IMG/VR virus record: IMGVR_UViG_2851775564_000002
Coordinates: 1 to 64,000 of that record
Strand: one strand, 5' to 3'
From: a virus
Taxonomy: Duplodnaviria > Caudoviricetes
Length of the DNA stretch: 64,000 nucleotides
Part shown: positions 18,969 through 29,739 of the stretch, piece by piece
How the letters are laid out: the number at the start of each line of letters is the position of its first letter
Numbering within the stretch: the stretch's first letter is position 1
Translations under genes and position numbers: made by a program
Notes under the pieces: model-generated
What the model saw: the letters and a program-made list of their open reading frames with translations, nothing else
What the model was told of the DNA's origin: nothing
The model's database searches: none

Positions 18969-20508
18969 TGCAGCAAAGGCACAATATGTTGTTGATTTTA
19001 TAAATTGTTTAAAACACACAAAAGGCAGATGGAAGGGACAAAACTTTGACCTTCTTTCATGGCAGGACAAAATTATAAGAGATATTTTTGGAAACATAAA
19101 GCCTAATGGATACAGGCAATATAATACAGCCTATGTTGAAATACCAAAAAAGAATGGTAAATCAGAACTTGCAGCAGCAGTTGCCCTATATATGACTTGC
19201 GGAGATAATGAATGGGGAGCAGAAGTTTATGGATGTGCTTCAGATAGGCAACAAGCGTCTATAGTTTTTGATGTAGCTGTTGATATGGTAGAACAATGTC
19301 CGGCTTTAAAAAGAAGGATAAAACCTATAATGTCAGTTAAAAGATTAGTCTTTAAACCTACAAATAGTTATTATCAAGTATTATCAGCAGAAGCTTACAC
19401 AAAGCATGGTTTAAATGTTCATGCAGTTATATTTGATGAACTCCATAGTCAGCCAAACAGAGGACTATTTGATGTTATGACTAAGGGAAGTGGAGATGCT
19501 AGAACTCAACCCTTATTCTTTTTAATAACTACAGCAGGAACAGATAGAAATTCTATATGTTTTGAGCAACACCAAAAGGCTATGGATATTATAGAAGGCA
19601 GAAAAATAGATTCTACTTTTTATCCTGTTATATATGGAATTAAAGATGAGGATGATTGGACATCAGAAGAAAACTGGTATAAAGCTAATCCATCACTTGG
19701 ACACACTATTGATATAGAAAAAGTTAGAAATGCTTTTAATAGTGCAAAAGAAAATCCAGCTGAAGAAAATATATTTAGGCAATTAAGGCTTAATCAATGG
19801 GTAAAACAATCCACTCGTTGGATGCCAATGGATAAATGGGACGAGTGTGATTCTAATATAGATATAGATTCACTAAAAGGCAGAGAATGTTATGGAGGAC
19901 TTGACCTTTCAAGTACTACAGATATTACTGCTTTTGTTTTGGTTTTTCCACCAAGAAATGATGCTGAAAAATATATAGTTTTACCTTTCTTTTGGATACC
20001 AGAAGATAACTTAAAACTAAGAGTAAGAAGGGATCATGTACCATATGATGTGTGGGAGAAACAAGGATTTATAAAAACAACGGAAGGTAATGTTGTTCAT
20101 TATGGATTCATAGAAACTTTTATCGAAGAATTAGGAATTAAATATAACATAAAAGAAATAGCTTTTGACCGCTGGGGAGCTATTCAAATGGTGCAAAATC
20201 TTGATGGTATGGGCTTTACAGTAGTACCATTCGGACAAGGATATAAAGATATGTCCCCACCATCAAAAGAATTAATGAAATTAACATTAGAAGAAAGAAT
20301 AGCACATGGAGGAAATCCAGTACTTAGATGGATGATGGATAATATATTTATAAAGCAAGACCCAGCAGGAAACATAAAGCCTGATAAAGAGAAAAGTACA
20401 GAAAAAATTGATGGTGCAGTTGCTTTAATAATGGCTTTGGATAGAAGTATTAGAAATGGTGGAATTGGTGGTAGTGTTTATGATGAGAGAGGAATTTTAA
20501 TTTTATGA
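18961..20508 (+). CDS. terL: Terminase large subunit
   Basis: PKKNGKSE, IFDELH, ITTAG, GLDLSSTTD, KIDGAVA. Confidence 0.93.
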   Translation: MYDAAKAQYVVDFINCLKHTKGRWKGQNFDLLSWQDKIIRDIFGNIKPNGYRQYNTAYVEIPKKNGKSELAAAVALYMTCGDNEWGAEVYGCASDRQQASIVFDVAVDMVEQCPALKRRIKPIMSVKRLVFKPTNSYYQVLSAEAYTKHGLNVHAVIFDELHSQPNRGLFDVMTKGSGDARTQPLFFLITTAGTDRNSICFEQHQKAMDIIEGRKIDSTFYPVIYGIKDEDDWTSEENWYKANPSLGHTIDIEKVRNAFNSAKENPAEENIFRQLRLNQWVKQSTRWMPMDKWDECDSNIDIDSLKGRECYGGLDLSSTTDITAFVLVFPPRNDAEKYIVLPFFWIPEDNLKLRVRRDHVPYDVWEKQGFIKTTEGNVVHYGFIETFIEELGIKYNIKEIAFDRWGAIQMVQNLDGMGFTVVPFGQGYKDMSPPSKELMKLTLEERIAHGGNPVLRWMMDNIFIKQDPAGNIKPDKEKSTEKIDGAVALIMALDRSIRNGGIGGSVYDERGILIL

Positions 20509-20597
20509 ATGATGTGGTATTATTTTACTATATACGTTTAAAAAAGAGATATGTTAATTAATAAACTTGTAAATTTGTGAATATGTATAGGAGTGAA

Positions 20598-21860
20598 ATG
20601 ATGCTGAATAATCTATTAAAAAAAGATGAAGAGATTAATACTGATGCTGATGCTAGTCTTAAAGGAATAGGGTTACAAAAATTAAGAGCGGTAGAGAGAT
20701 TGTTACGAGCACTTATTGATGGAAAAAAAGCAGTTCTCTGTACTATTGAATACATAGATGATGTACTTGAAGTGGATATAAGCAATGAAAAAATATCTTA
20801 TACAACAGAGCAAAACAAGTCTTATTCTTCATTGTTTTCAATAAATAGCCATGAAGTTAAGAACTCCTTAAGAATATTTTTTGATAATTGGAGGGGAATT
20901 ACAGAAGATTCAGAATGTATTCAGTTTGTTTTTTATACAAATACTAAGATTGCTAAAGAAAATAAAGTTGGAGTATTAAAAAAAGTAGAAGAAGATTTAC
21001 CCAAAGAGCCTTTATTAAAATTATTAGCGGATAAAAACTACGATAAAGCTCTTCCATTTGTATTGCCCGTATTTAAAGAGTACTATCTTGAACAACATAA
21101 AAAGCATACACAAAATATTAATACTTATGAGCAACTTTTAAATTCTATGACTGGTGAGCAGTGGAAAAAGTTTTTTGATTTAATTGAATGGAATTTTGGA
21201 GAAGGAGACGAGAATGAAGTTCGCAAAAATGTTTATGAGACAGTTAGTAAACTTTGCTCTCAGTACAGCATAGAAGTTAAATTCGTTGATAAAATTATTG
21301 CATCATTATTAGATATGATAGAATCTAGAACTTTTGAAAAAGATTTTTTACGTAGAGTTGTACATGTTGCAGAAGTAAAACTTTTATTTCTTGATTTTGC
21401 ACGAGATGCAAAGGTTGTTGAAAAAATAGATCCAACACATTTGAAGTGGGATTCAGTTAAGTGCGATGATGTAAGGGACATAAATGATAAAATTTTAGAA
21501 GTTAGTCCAGCATACGATAAGGATATGTTAGAAGAATTGGAAGAAGAATATATTGATGGAGCTTTTGAACAGAAACATTATCCTGAAATAAGAGAAATTA
21601 AGGCTTATAACTATAGGGTTTATGTAGTATGTAGAAAAATAGTAAGACGAGCTATTAAAGAAAAAAAGACTAATTTTACACAAGATGAGATTAATGAGAT
21701 TTTGGATAACTTAACTGATGAAGCAGAAAAACTTATTATAGATAAATCTAAGACATATAGAGTGCCGTTTAAGGATAGGGACATGGTTAGAAAAACTATA
21801 CTATTACTTTTTCAAGAATGTTATCTAGCATTTGATGAGAGGAGAGGCGTAAATGAATAG
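20598..21860 (+). CDS. lmuA: Lamassu/ABC-3C effector, Cap4(DUF4297)-like nuclease N-terminus
   Basis: ASLKGIGLQ..EYIDDV..EQNK resembles the G-x-x-x-Q/E-x-x-DD/Q-x-K restriction-like motif; first gene of the triad. Confidence 0.65.
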   Translation: MMLNNLLKKDEEINTDADASLKGIGLQKLRAVERLLRALIDGKKAVLCTIEYIDDVLEVDISNEKISYTTEQNKSYSSLFSINSHEVKNSLRIFFDNWRGITEDSECIQFVFYTNTKIAKENKVGVLKKVEEDLPKEPLLKLLADKNYDKALPFVLPVFKEYYLEQHKKHTQNINTYEQLLNSMTGEQWKKFFDLIEWNFGEGDENEVRKNVYETVSKLCSQYSIEVKFVDKIIASLLDMIESRTFEKDFLRRVVHVAEVKLLFLDFARDAKVVEKIDPTHLKWDSVKCDDVRDINDKILEVSPAYDKDMLEELEEEYIDGAFEQKHYPEIREIKAYNYRVYVVCRKIVRRAIKEKKTNFTQDEINEILDNLTDEAEKLIIDKSKTYRVPFKDRDMVRKTILLLFQECYLAFDERRGVNE

Positions 21861-22371
21861 TAAAAAAAGAATGATGTTTATTTTAGAAGAAGATTATTAT
21901 TTTATTACAATTAAAATTCTCTCAATATTAAAGGCTTTAGAATGTGAAGTGAAACCTTTCGAAGATTACAGAAGGTTAGGAATTATATTTGAATTTATAA
22001 AGAATGATAACAATTTTTATTTTTTTAACAAACTTATAAAAGGCGAAAAACAGGATATATTTGATAATGAAAAAGCTATAAAAATATTTTGTGATTCAAA
22101 ATTAGATATATCAGTAATAAAGAGAGTACTGTTTTTCTTAGAAAAACAGGATATTGTAAAACTTCAAAAAAACACTAAAAGCAGTAACATTGATGTTTTA
22201 TTACTAAATAATAAAGATATTAATAATTTAATAAAAAGTGGAGTTCTAAAAGATGATTTAGAAAAGAGCTTAGTAATAAAACGAGCAATTAAAAGGTTAA
22301 GAAGTCTTAAGATAGACACTTTACAGACTAAGATATTTGGATATAGTGAGGTAACAAAATGGGAAATTTAG
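21853..22371 (+). CDS. lmuC: Lamassu/ABC-3C middle component
   Basis: 172 aa, overlaps both neighbours, sits between effector and SMC ATPase. Confidence 0.6.
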   Translation: MNSKKRMMFILEEDYYFITIKILSILKALECEVKPFEDYRRLGIIFEFIKNDNNFYFFNKLIKGEKQDIFDNEKAIKIFCDSKLDISVIKRVLFFLEKQDIVKLQKNTKSSNIDVLLLNNKDINNLIKSGVLKDDLEKSLVIKRAIKRLRSLKIDTLQTKIFGYSEVTKWEI

Positions 22372-24287
22372 CTGTTAGAAAAGTTGTATATAATGGGAAA
22401 AAATATTATTTTGAGTCACCTTATTTAGAAGATGGGATTGTTATATTAGAGGGAGTAAATGGACATGGAAAAAGTACATTTATGAATTTAATATATTATG
22501 GATTAGGTGGTAAAGTACCCGGATTTAATAAAAATGATAAGGATGCTAATAATAAGCATACAGAAATTTATAATGACGAAGATAATTATGTTGAACTAGA
22601 GGTTGAAATAAACAATAAAAAATATGAACTTACAAGAACGATAGGTGATAACATCATATTTATTGTAGATGAAGATAAAAATGTAACTGAAACTTGTGTT
22701 TTTAGAAACCAGACAGATAAAGATACGAAGGTATTTTCAGATTGGATTTTGGGTACTCTAGGTATTAATGTTTTTGATATAGTTCAAGGGACTAGGAGCT
22801 TTAAACTAAACTTTTCAGATTTAATGAGACTTATTTATCATGACCAATTGACAGAGGTTGATAAAATATATAAAGAAGCTGACAATTCAAACTTTTTATC
22901 AGATTCTTTAGAAATTAGAAAAGCTATTTTTGAAGTATTGTTGGGTAAAATATATAATAAATATTATTCAGCATTGGGAAATTATAAACTTAAGTCTAAA
23001 GAACTTGAAAAAAATCAAGCGATAATGGATAGCTATGATGACTTTTTAAATGAAATTTTGAGCGAAGATTTATCAAATGTAGTTCATATCAAGGCTTTAA
23101 TTGTTGAAAATGAAAATATGCGTAAAAAAGTAAATGCTGAAAGAAACATTGCAATTAGTCAGAAAGGTAGTTCTAATCAAATCTTAAAGTCTGTAGATGA
23201 ACAAAGAAATATTTTAGCTAAATATCAAAGTGAAAGAGATACTTTAATTCAAGCTAAGAGTGCTATAAATCAATCCATTGATAAAATAATATTTCTCATT
23301 GATGAGGCGGAAAAAGAATTACAGGAAATAGAAAAAATTCGGCTTGTAAATAAAAAATTAAAATTATTTTCGCCTAATACATGTCCTTATTGTTTAAGAG
23401 ATGTTGAAAGAATAAAAGGAAAATGTATTTGTGGTGAAGATGTTGATGAAGAGCAGTATGAAAAGTTTTTTTACACAGATCACGAATATTTTGATATTTT
23501 AAAAGTTAAGAAGAAGGCTATTAGTTCATTAAGTAATTTGCTTGATAAAAAAAATTATAAGATGAAAAATATAGTTTCAGAAACAGTAACTCTGGATAAT
23601 AAAATTCTAAATGTAAAGAACTATATCAATGAATTAATGCAAAACATCACATGTGACTATAATTCAGCATATATTAGACAGTTAGATAACAGGGAATGTG
23701 AATTGAATGCAAAAATTATTGAATTACAGCAGGCAGAGGAATTGGCTCAAAAAAGAGAAAATATTAGTGTCGAATTAATAAAGTTGCGTAAGCAGGTTGA
23801 ATCTCTAAAAATTGAAACAGAGGTATATCTGAGTGCAGCAAAAGAGGATATGTTAAACAGAAAAAGTAGCTTTAGCGATATCTATCTTCAACTGATGAAA
23901 TTAGCGGATGCTCACTGCTATGCAGCATATATTGGTGACGATTATATGCCTAATATTAATTTTAGCCAATATCGTGAGAGGAGTGCATCTGTTCCCAAAA
24001 GGCTAATGTTTTTTTTAACTATGTTAATTCAAAGTTTACAAACTGAAGTAAATTTTCCTAAATTTCTTATGATAGATACTCCCAATAAAGAGGGAATTGA
24101 TAAGGAAAATTTAATTAAAAATATTACATTGTTATCAAAAGCGAACGAAGTAAAAACACAATCGGAGATAAAATATCAGATTATTTTAACTACAGGAATA
24201 GATACCTATCCTGACGAATATAAAGATTTGGTGTTTTTAAAGTTAGACGATCAAAAATACTTACTAAAAGAGAAAAATGATATATAA
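22359..24287 (+). CDS. lmuB: SMC/Rad50-like ABC ATPase
   Basis: Walker A GVNGHGKST, YHDQ Q-loop, coiled coils around CPYC hook, Walker B FLMIDTP. Confidence 0.8.
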   Translation: MGNLAVRKVVYNGKKYYFESPYLEDGIVILEGVNGHGKSTFMNLIYYGLGGKVPGFNKNDKDANNKHTEIYNDEDNYVELEVEINNKKYELTRTIGDNIIFIVDEDKNVTETCVFRNQTDKDTKVFSDWILGTLGINVFDIVQGTRSFKLNFSDLMRLIYHDQLTEVDKIYKEADNSNFLSDSLEIRKAIFEVLLGKIYNKYYSALGNYKLKSKELEKNQAIMDSYDDFLNEILSEDLSNVVHIKALIVENENMRKKVNAERNIAISQKGSSNQILKSVDEQRNILAKYQSERDTLIQAKSAINQSIDKIIFLIDEAEKELQEIEKIRLVNKKLKLFSPNTCPYCLRDVERIKGKCICGEDVDEEQYEKFFYTDHEYFDILKVKKKAISSLSNLLDKKNYKMKNIVSETVTLDNKILNVKNYINELMQNITCDYNSAYIRQLDNRECELNAKIIELQQAEELAQKRENISVELIKLRKQVESLKIETEVYLSAAKEDMLNRKSSFSDIYLQLMKLADAHCYAAYIGDDYMPNINFSQYRERSASVPKRLMFFLTMLIQSLQTEVNFPKFLMIDTPNKEGIDKENLIKNITLLSKANEVKTQSEIKYQIILTTGIDTYPDEYKDLVFLKLDDQKYLLKEKNDI

Positions 24288-24315
24288 AAAAGCATCTCAT
24301 TGAGGTGCTTTTTTT
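24286..24315 (+). terminator. Terminator closing the defence cassette
   Basis: aaaaaagcatctc-att-gaggtgctttttt. Confidence 0.75.
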
Positions 24316-24332
24316 ATGCCCATTTTTAGGAG

Positions 24333-25589
24333 GTGTTCAAAATTAAAATATCAATATTTAAAAGAAAATCAAGAGATAAGCCTAAAAATACTTTTATAGG
24401 TTCTGCATATAGTTTTTTCTTCGGTGGAACATCTAGTGGCAAAGTTGCTAATGAAAGAACCGCAATGCAAACTACTGCAGTTTATGCTTGTGTTAGAATT
24501 CTTGCAGAGTCTATTGCTTCACTTCCACTTCATCTTTATAAATATAGTGAAGATGGTGGGAAAAATAAAGCTATAAATCAATCTTTATATTATTTATTAC
24601 ATGATGAGCCAAACCCAGAGATGACTTCATTTGTGTTTAGAGAAACACTTATGAGTCATCTTTTATTATGGGGAAATGCTTATGCGCAAATTATAAGAGA
24701 TGGTAGAAATAAAATTTTAGCCATGTATCCGCTACTGCCTAATAAAATTACTGTAAATAGAGCAGATAATGGTGAGATTTATTATATTTATACCAAGAAT
24801 AATGATGATGGAAAAGGATATGGTCAAGTTATTTTAAGAGATTATGAAGTGCTTCATATTTCAGGACTTGGGTTTGATGGATTAATAGGATATTCTCCAA
24901 TTGCTATGGCTAAAAATGCGGTTGGAATGTGTATAGCTTGTGAGGAATATGGAGCAAGTTTCTTTGCAAATGGAGCAAATCCAGGAGGTGTACTTGAACA
25001 TCCAGGAGTAGTTAAAGATCCTAAAAGAGTAAGGGATAGTTGGAATGAAGTATATAAAGGCACAGAAAATGCACATAAAATTGCTGTACTTGAGGAAGGG
25101 ATGAAGTTTCAAAGTATAGGAATTCCACCAGATCAAGCACAGTTTTTAGAGACGAGGAAATTTCAGTTAGATGAAATTGCTCGTCTTTTTCGTATTCCAC
25201 CACATATGATTGGGGATTTAGATAGATCTAGTTTTTCGAACATAGAGCAGCAAAGTCTTGAGTTTGTAAAATATACTTTAAACCCTTGGGTAATTAGATG
25301 GGAACAGGCTATACAAAAATCATTATTAAGTCCAAAAGAAAAAGGAAAATATTTTGTAAAGTTTAATGTAGATGGTTTACTTCGTGGAGATTATGAAAGC
25401 AGAATGAGGGGTTATGCAGTTGGCAGACAAAATGGATGGCTATCTTCAAATGATATAAGAGAACTTGAAGATATGAATCCAATTCCAATTGATGAAGGAG
25501 GAGATTTATATCTTGTAAATGGAAATATGACAAAGTTAAAAGAGGCAGGTGCATTTGCAAATAAAAGAAATGGAGGGGATAAATCATGA
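24333..25589 (+). CDS. HK97-family portal protein (true start possibly ATT 24342)
   Basis: AVYACVRILAESIASLP, PNPEMT, GNAYA, IARLFRIPPHMIG. Confidence 0.92.
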   Translation: MFKIKISIFKRKSRDKPKNTFIGSAYSFFFGGTSSGKVANERTAMQTTAVYACVRILAESIASLPLHLYKYSEDGGKNKAINQSLYYLLHDEPNPEMTSFVFRETLMSHLLLWGNAYAQIIRDGRNKILAMYPLLPNKITVNRADNGEIYYIYTKNNDDGKGYGQVILRDYEVLHISGLGFDGLIGYSPIAMAKNAVGMCIACEEYGASFFANGANPGGVLEHPGVVKDPKRVRDSWNEVYKGTENAHKIAVLEEGMKFQSIGIPPDQAQFLETRKFQLDEIARLFRIPPHMIGDLDRSSFSNIEQQSLEFVKYTLNPWVIRWEQAIQKSLLSPKEKGKYFVKFNVDGLLRGDYESRMRGYAVGRQNGWLSSNDIRELEDMNPIPIDEGGDLYLVNGNMTKLKEAGAFANKRNGGDKS

Positions 25590-26272
25590 AAAAGAAATTC
25601 TGGAATTGGGTTAAGAATGAAGGAAGTAGGACTCTATATTTAGATGGTGCTATTGCAGAGGAAACTTGGTATGGAGATGAAGTAACTCCTAAAGAATTTA
25701 AAGCAGAATTAATAAGTGATGATGGGGATATAACAGTTTGGATTAATTCACCAGGTGGAGATGTATTTGCAGCATCACAAATTTATAATATGCTAATGGA
25801 CTATAGTGGAAATGTAACTGTTAAAATTGATGGACTTGCAGCAAGTGCAGCTTCAGTAATTGCAATGGCAGGAAGCGAAGTTGAAATATCTCCTGTTGCA
25901 ATGTTGATGATTCACAACCCCATGACAATTGTAAGTGGAGATACAAAAGAAATGAATAAGGCTATAGATATGTTAAATGAAGTAAAAGAGAGCATTATCA
26001 ATGCTTATGAATTAAAAACAGGACTTAAAAGAAATAAAATAGCAAGTCTTATGGATGCTGAAAGTTGGTTCAATGCAAAGAAAGCTGTGGAACTTGGATT
26101 TGCAGACAAAATAATGTTTGAAGATAAAGAAGATATTAAAGATTTAAAAGGTGAAGTATTTAGTAAAAACATAACTAATAAAGCACTTTTAAATAAACTT
26201 TCTACAAATAGTAATGAATCAAAAATATCAATTGAAAATCTAGATAAAAGACTAGAACTTTTAAAATATTAA
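25586..26272 (+). CDS. ClpP-like prohead protease
   Basis: INSPGGDV, AASAASVIA, MIHNP. Confidence 0.9.
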   Translation: MKKKFWNWVKNEGSRTLYLDGAIAEETWYGDEVTPKEFKAELISDDGDITVWINSPGGDVFAASQIYNMLMDYSGNVTVKIDGLAASAASVIAMAGSEVEISPVAMLMIHNPMTIVSGDTKEMNKAIDMLNEVKESIINAYELKTGLKRNKIASLMDAESWFNAKKAVELGFADKIMFEDKEDIKDLKGEVFSKNITNKALLNKLSTNSNESKISIENLDKRLELLKY

Positions 26273-26285
26273 GGAGGACTACAGA

Positions 26286-27488
26286 ATGAATAAGATATTA
26301 GAATTAAGAGAAAAAAGAGCAAAGATATGGGAAGATGCTAAAAAGTTTTTAGATAGCAAAAGAAATAAAAGTGGATTTATTTCAGCTGAAGACACTGAAA
26401 CTTATGAAAAGATGGAAGCCGATGTTGTTAACTTAGGAAAAGAAATAAATAGACTTGAGAGGCAAGTAGCACTTGATTTGGAACTTTCAAAGGCAACTTC
26501 AACTGCTATTAGAAATATTCCTAATGGAAATTTAAGTGGTGAAACAAAAACAGGCAGGGCAACAGATGAATATAAAAAAGCCTTCTGGAGGGCTATGAAA
26601 AATAAAAATAGCTTAGATATTCAAAATGCACTTCAAGTAGGTACAGATAGTGAAGGTGGATATCTTGTGCCAGATGAATTTGAAAAAACATTAATTGAGA
26701 GTTTAGAAGAACAAAATATATTTAGACAGCTTGCAAATGTAATAACTACATCTTCAGGAGATAAGAAAATACCAGTAGTTGCATCTAAAGGAACAGCATC
26801 TTGGGTAGATGAAGAAGGTGCAATTCCAGAATCAGATGATGCATTTAGTCAGGTTTCAATAGGAGCATATAAATTAGCTACTATGATTAAGGTTTCAGAA
26901 GAACTTCTTAATGATAGTATTTTTAATTTAGAGAGTTATATAGCAAAGGAATTTGCAAGAAGAATTGGAGCGAAAGAAGAAGAAGCATTCTTTATAGGGG
27001 ATGGTACTGGAAAGCCTACAGGAATATTTAATGCAACTGGGGGAGCAAGTCTTGGGGTTACAGCAACAAGTGCTACAGCTATTACATTAGATGAGATTAT
27101 TGATTTATTTTATTCCTTAAAATCACCTTATAGAAAAAATGCTGTATTTACTATGAATGATGCAACAGTAAAGGCTATAAGAAAACTTAAGGATTCTAAT
27201 GGACAATATTTATGGCAGCCATCTGTTACAGCAGGGGAGCCGGATACTGTTTTGAATAGACCAGTAAAAACTTCTGCTTATGTACCAACATTAGGAGCAG
27301 GAGCAAAACCTATAGCTTTTGGAGATTTTAGTTACTATTGGGTAGCAGATAGACAAGGTAGATCATTCCAAAGATTAAATGAACTATATGCAGCAACAGG
27401 ACAAGTTGGATTTAAGGCAACTCAAAGAGTTGATGGTAAGTTAATACTTCCTGAGGCTATTAAAGTTCTACAAATGAAAGACAAATAG
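26286..27488 (+). CDS. HK97-fold major capsid protein
   Basis: EGGYLVP, WVDEEG, GDGTGKPTGI, FGDFS. Confidence 0.92.
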   Translation: MNKILELREKRAKIWEDAKKFLDSKRNKSGFISAEDTETYEKMEADVVNLGKEINRLERQVALDLELSKATSTAIRNIPNGNLSGETKTGRATDEYKKAFWRAMKNKNSLDIQNALQVGTDSEGGYLVPDEFEKTLIESLEEQNIFRQLANVITTSSGDKKIPVVASKGTASWVDEEGAIPESDDAFSQVSIGAYKLATMIKVSEELLNDSIFNLESYIAKEFARRIGAKEEEAFFIGDGTGKPTGIFNATGGASLGVTATSATAITLDEIIDLFYSLKSPYRKNAVFTMNDATVKAIRKLKDSNGQYLWQPSVTAGEPDTVLNRPVKTSAYVPTLGAGAKPIAFGDFSYYWVADRQGRSFQRLNELYAATGQVGFKATQRVDGKLILPEAIKVLQMKDK

Positions 27489-27511
27489 AAATCTAAAGAG
27501 GTGAGTGTATT

Positions 27512-27787
27512 TTGGTGGTAACTTTAGAAGAAACAAAACTTTACTTAAGAATAGATGGTGATGAGGAAAATACACTCATCACTAAATTTATTTTAACAGC
27601 TGAAGAACTGTGTGAAAATATTTTGAGATATAAGTTAACAGAGCTTGAAATAATACCTGAAGCAGTAAGACAAGCAATTTTATATGCTGTAGCAAATATG
27701 TATGAGATGCGTGAAACTTTTGACGTGAAATCAGTAATTGAAACCATGACAAGACTTTTATTTTTTTATAGAAGAGAGAGTTGGTGA
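27512..27787 (+). CDS. Head-tail connector (gp6-like)
   Basis: TLEETKLYLRID; synteny. Confidence 0.8.
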   Translation: MVVTLEETKLYLRIDGDEENTLITKFILTAEELCENILRYKLTELEIIPEAVRQAILYAVANMYEMRETFDVKSVIETMTRLLFFYRRESW

Positions 27788-27793
27788 TGCTCT

Positions 27794-28120
27794 ATGGATA
27801 TAGGAAATCTAAAACATAGGGTTACATTTCAAAGATTTACTACAGTAGTAAATGACAATGGTTTTGAAGAAGAAGCATGGGTAGATTTTAAAATAGTATG
27901 GGCAGCAATATCAAATCTTCATGGTAGAGAATATTTTGAAGCTGCAGCTGTTCAAGCAGAGAAAACTGTGAAATTTACTATTAGATTTATTAAGGATATA
28001 GATGAAAGCATGAGAATAAAATTTAGAGATAAACAGTACAACATAACTTCTATAGATAACATAAAGTATGCGAATAAATTTATAGAAATTAAGGCTATGG
28101 AGGTTGATAATAGTGGCTAG
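27794..28120 (+). CDS. Head closure protein
   Basis: GNLKHRVTFQ..GREYF..FTIR. Confidence 0.8.
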   Translation: MDIGNLKHRVTFQRFTTVVNDNGFEEEAWVDFKIVWAAISNLHGREYFEAAAVQAEKTVKFTIRFIKDIDESMRIKFRDKQYNITSIDNIKYANKFIEIKAMEVDNSG

Positions 28121-28499
28121 TATGGAGCTTCAAGGTGTCGACGAATTATTAAATAAACTTCAAAGTATAGGAGCAAATGTAGGAAGACTTGAAAATAAAG
28201 CTCTAAGAAATGCGGCTGAACCTGTTCTTGAGGATGTAAAGGCAACAAATGCATTTAATGATAGAAGTGGAAAGCTTAGAAAGGGACTTAAAATAACCAA
28301 TGTAAAAAAGAAAGAAGGAGTTAAATATATCTTAGTAGGTATAGATAAATCCGATAATTCAAAGATATTTTATGGAAAATTTATAGAATTTGGAACTTCT
28401 AAAATGCCTGCCAAGCCTTTTTTACAACCAGCTTATGAGAAAAATAAGGATAACATAAAAAGAACTATAGCTGAAACTTTGAAGGAGGGCTTGAAGTGA
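28113..28499 (+). CDS. HK97 gp10-like protein
   Basis: FYGKFIEFGTSKMPAKPFLQPA. Confidence 0.82.
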   Translation: MASMELQGVDELLNKLQSIGANVGRLENKALRNAAEPVLEDVKATNAFNDRSGKLRKGLKITNVKKKEGVKYILVGIDKSDNSKIFYGKFIEFGTSKMPAKPFLQPAYEKNKDNIKRTIAETLKEGLK

Positions 28500-28825
28500 T
28501 AAACAATTTAGTTATGAAAGCTTTAAAACCTCTTAATGTTCCAGTTTCTTTTCAAAAATATAGTGGAAAAGAGCATACTTATATAACCTTTTTCAGTTAT
28601 TTAGAAAAAGGTGAGATGTATGCCGATAATGAAGAAAAGGTTACAGGACATTATATTCAAGTAGATATTTGGAGCAAAAAAGATTACACAAGCCTTTATA
28701 AAAGGGTAGAAAATGCAATGAAAGTCGCAGGGTTTAGGAAAACTTCTGCGGCTGATTTATTTGAAAAAGATACAAAAATATATCATAAAGCAATTAGATA
28801 TTTTATTGAAAGTGAGGAGGTATAA
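28496..28825 (+). CDS. Tail completion/terminator protein
   Basis: IQVDIWS; synteny. Confidence 0.7.
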   Translation: MINNLVMKALKPLNVPVSFQKYSGKEHTYITFFSYLEKGEMYADNEEKVTGHYIQVDIWSKKDYTSLYKRVENAMKVAGFRKTSAADLFEKDTKIYHKAIRYFIESEEV

Positions 28826-28828
28826 GCC

Positions 28829-29410
28829 ATGGATGAGATAACAAATAGTGCTCCTATAGGAGTTGAAAATTTGGTATATGCAGTTCTAACAAATGAAAAG
28901 ACTAAAACTTATGAAACACCAGCAATTATTTCACCAGCTATAAAAGTTAAAGTAAGCCCTAAGAGTAATTCAGATACACTTTATGCAGATAACAGGGCAG
29001 TAGAAACAGTATCAAGCATGGGAGAAATTCAGGTAGAAATAGAAACTCAAGATTTACCGTTGGAAGTTCAATCAGTTCTTTTAGGACACAAGCTGGATGC
29101 TACAACTAAAGTAATGTGCTATGAAGCAGATGATATAGCACCATATGTGGCAACAGGTTTTAAGATTAAAAAGGCTAATGGAAGGTACAGATACGTTTGG
29201 CTTCTTAAAGGAAAATATAGTGAACTAGAAGAAGAACATGGTACTCAAGAAGATAAGCCTAAGTTTCATACACCAAAGCTTAAAGGTGTATTTGTTACGA
29301 GGGAAGATAAAAAGTGGAAATATACTGCTGATGAAGATAGTGGATTTACTGGTGGAGATACTTGGTTTAGCAAAGTTTATGATGAAGCACCAGTGAAACA
29401 AGGAGTTTAA
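28829..29410 (+). CDS. Major tail protein (phi13 family)
   Basis: IGVENLVYA, LYADN, YVWLLKGK. Confidence 0.85.
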   Translation: MDEITNSAPIGVENLVYAVLTNEKTKTYETPAIISPAIKVKVSPKSNSDTLYADNRAVETVSSMGEIQVEIETQDLPLEVQSVLLGHKLDATTKVMCYEADDIAPYVATGFKIKKANGRYRYVWLLKGKYSELEEEHGTQEDKPKFHTPKLKGVFVTREDKKWKYTADEDSGFTGGDTWFSKVYDEAPVKQGV

Positions 29411-29454
29411 TAAAAATAAAAATATCAGATTGTAAAATATAGGAGGAATGCACT

Positions 29455-29739
29455 TTGGAATTAGTATTAAATGATAAAACATATGTTATGCCTAAAGTTA
29501 AAACAAGAATGCTTAGGCGTGCAATTGAAATAAGTGAGAGTATAAATTTTAATAACTTGAAGATTAAAGATTTAGATGGACTTGTGGATTTTGTAGTAGA
29601 GCTTTATGGTAATAAATTTAGTAGGGATGATTTTTATGATGGATTGGATGCAGATAAACTTATAGAAACTTTAAACAATAGTATAAATGGAATAGTGGGA
29701 AATCTAGGAAGTAAATTAAATGAGTTCCCAAACAAGTAG
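29455..29739 (+). CDS. Tail assembly chaperone G
   Basis: Between major tail and tape measure; ends with slippery site. Confidence 0.75.
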   Translation: MELVLNDKTYVMPKVKTRMLRRAIEISESINFNNLKIKDLDGLVDFVVELYGNKFSRDDFYDGLDADKLIETLNNSINGIVGNLGSKLNEFPNK

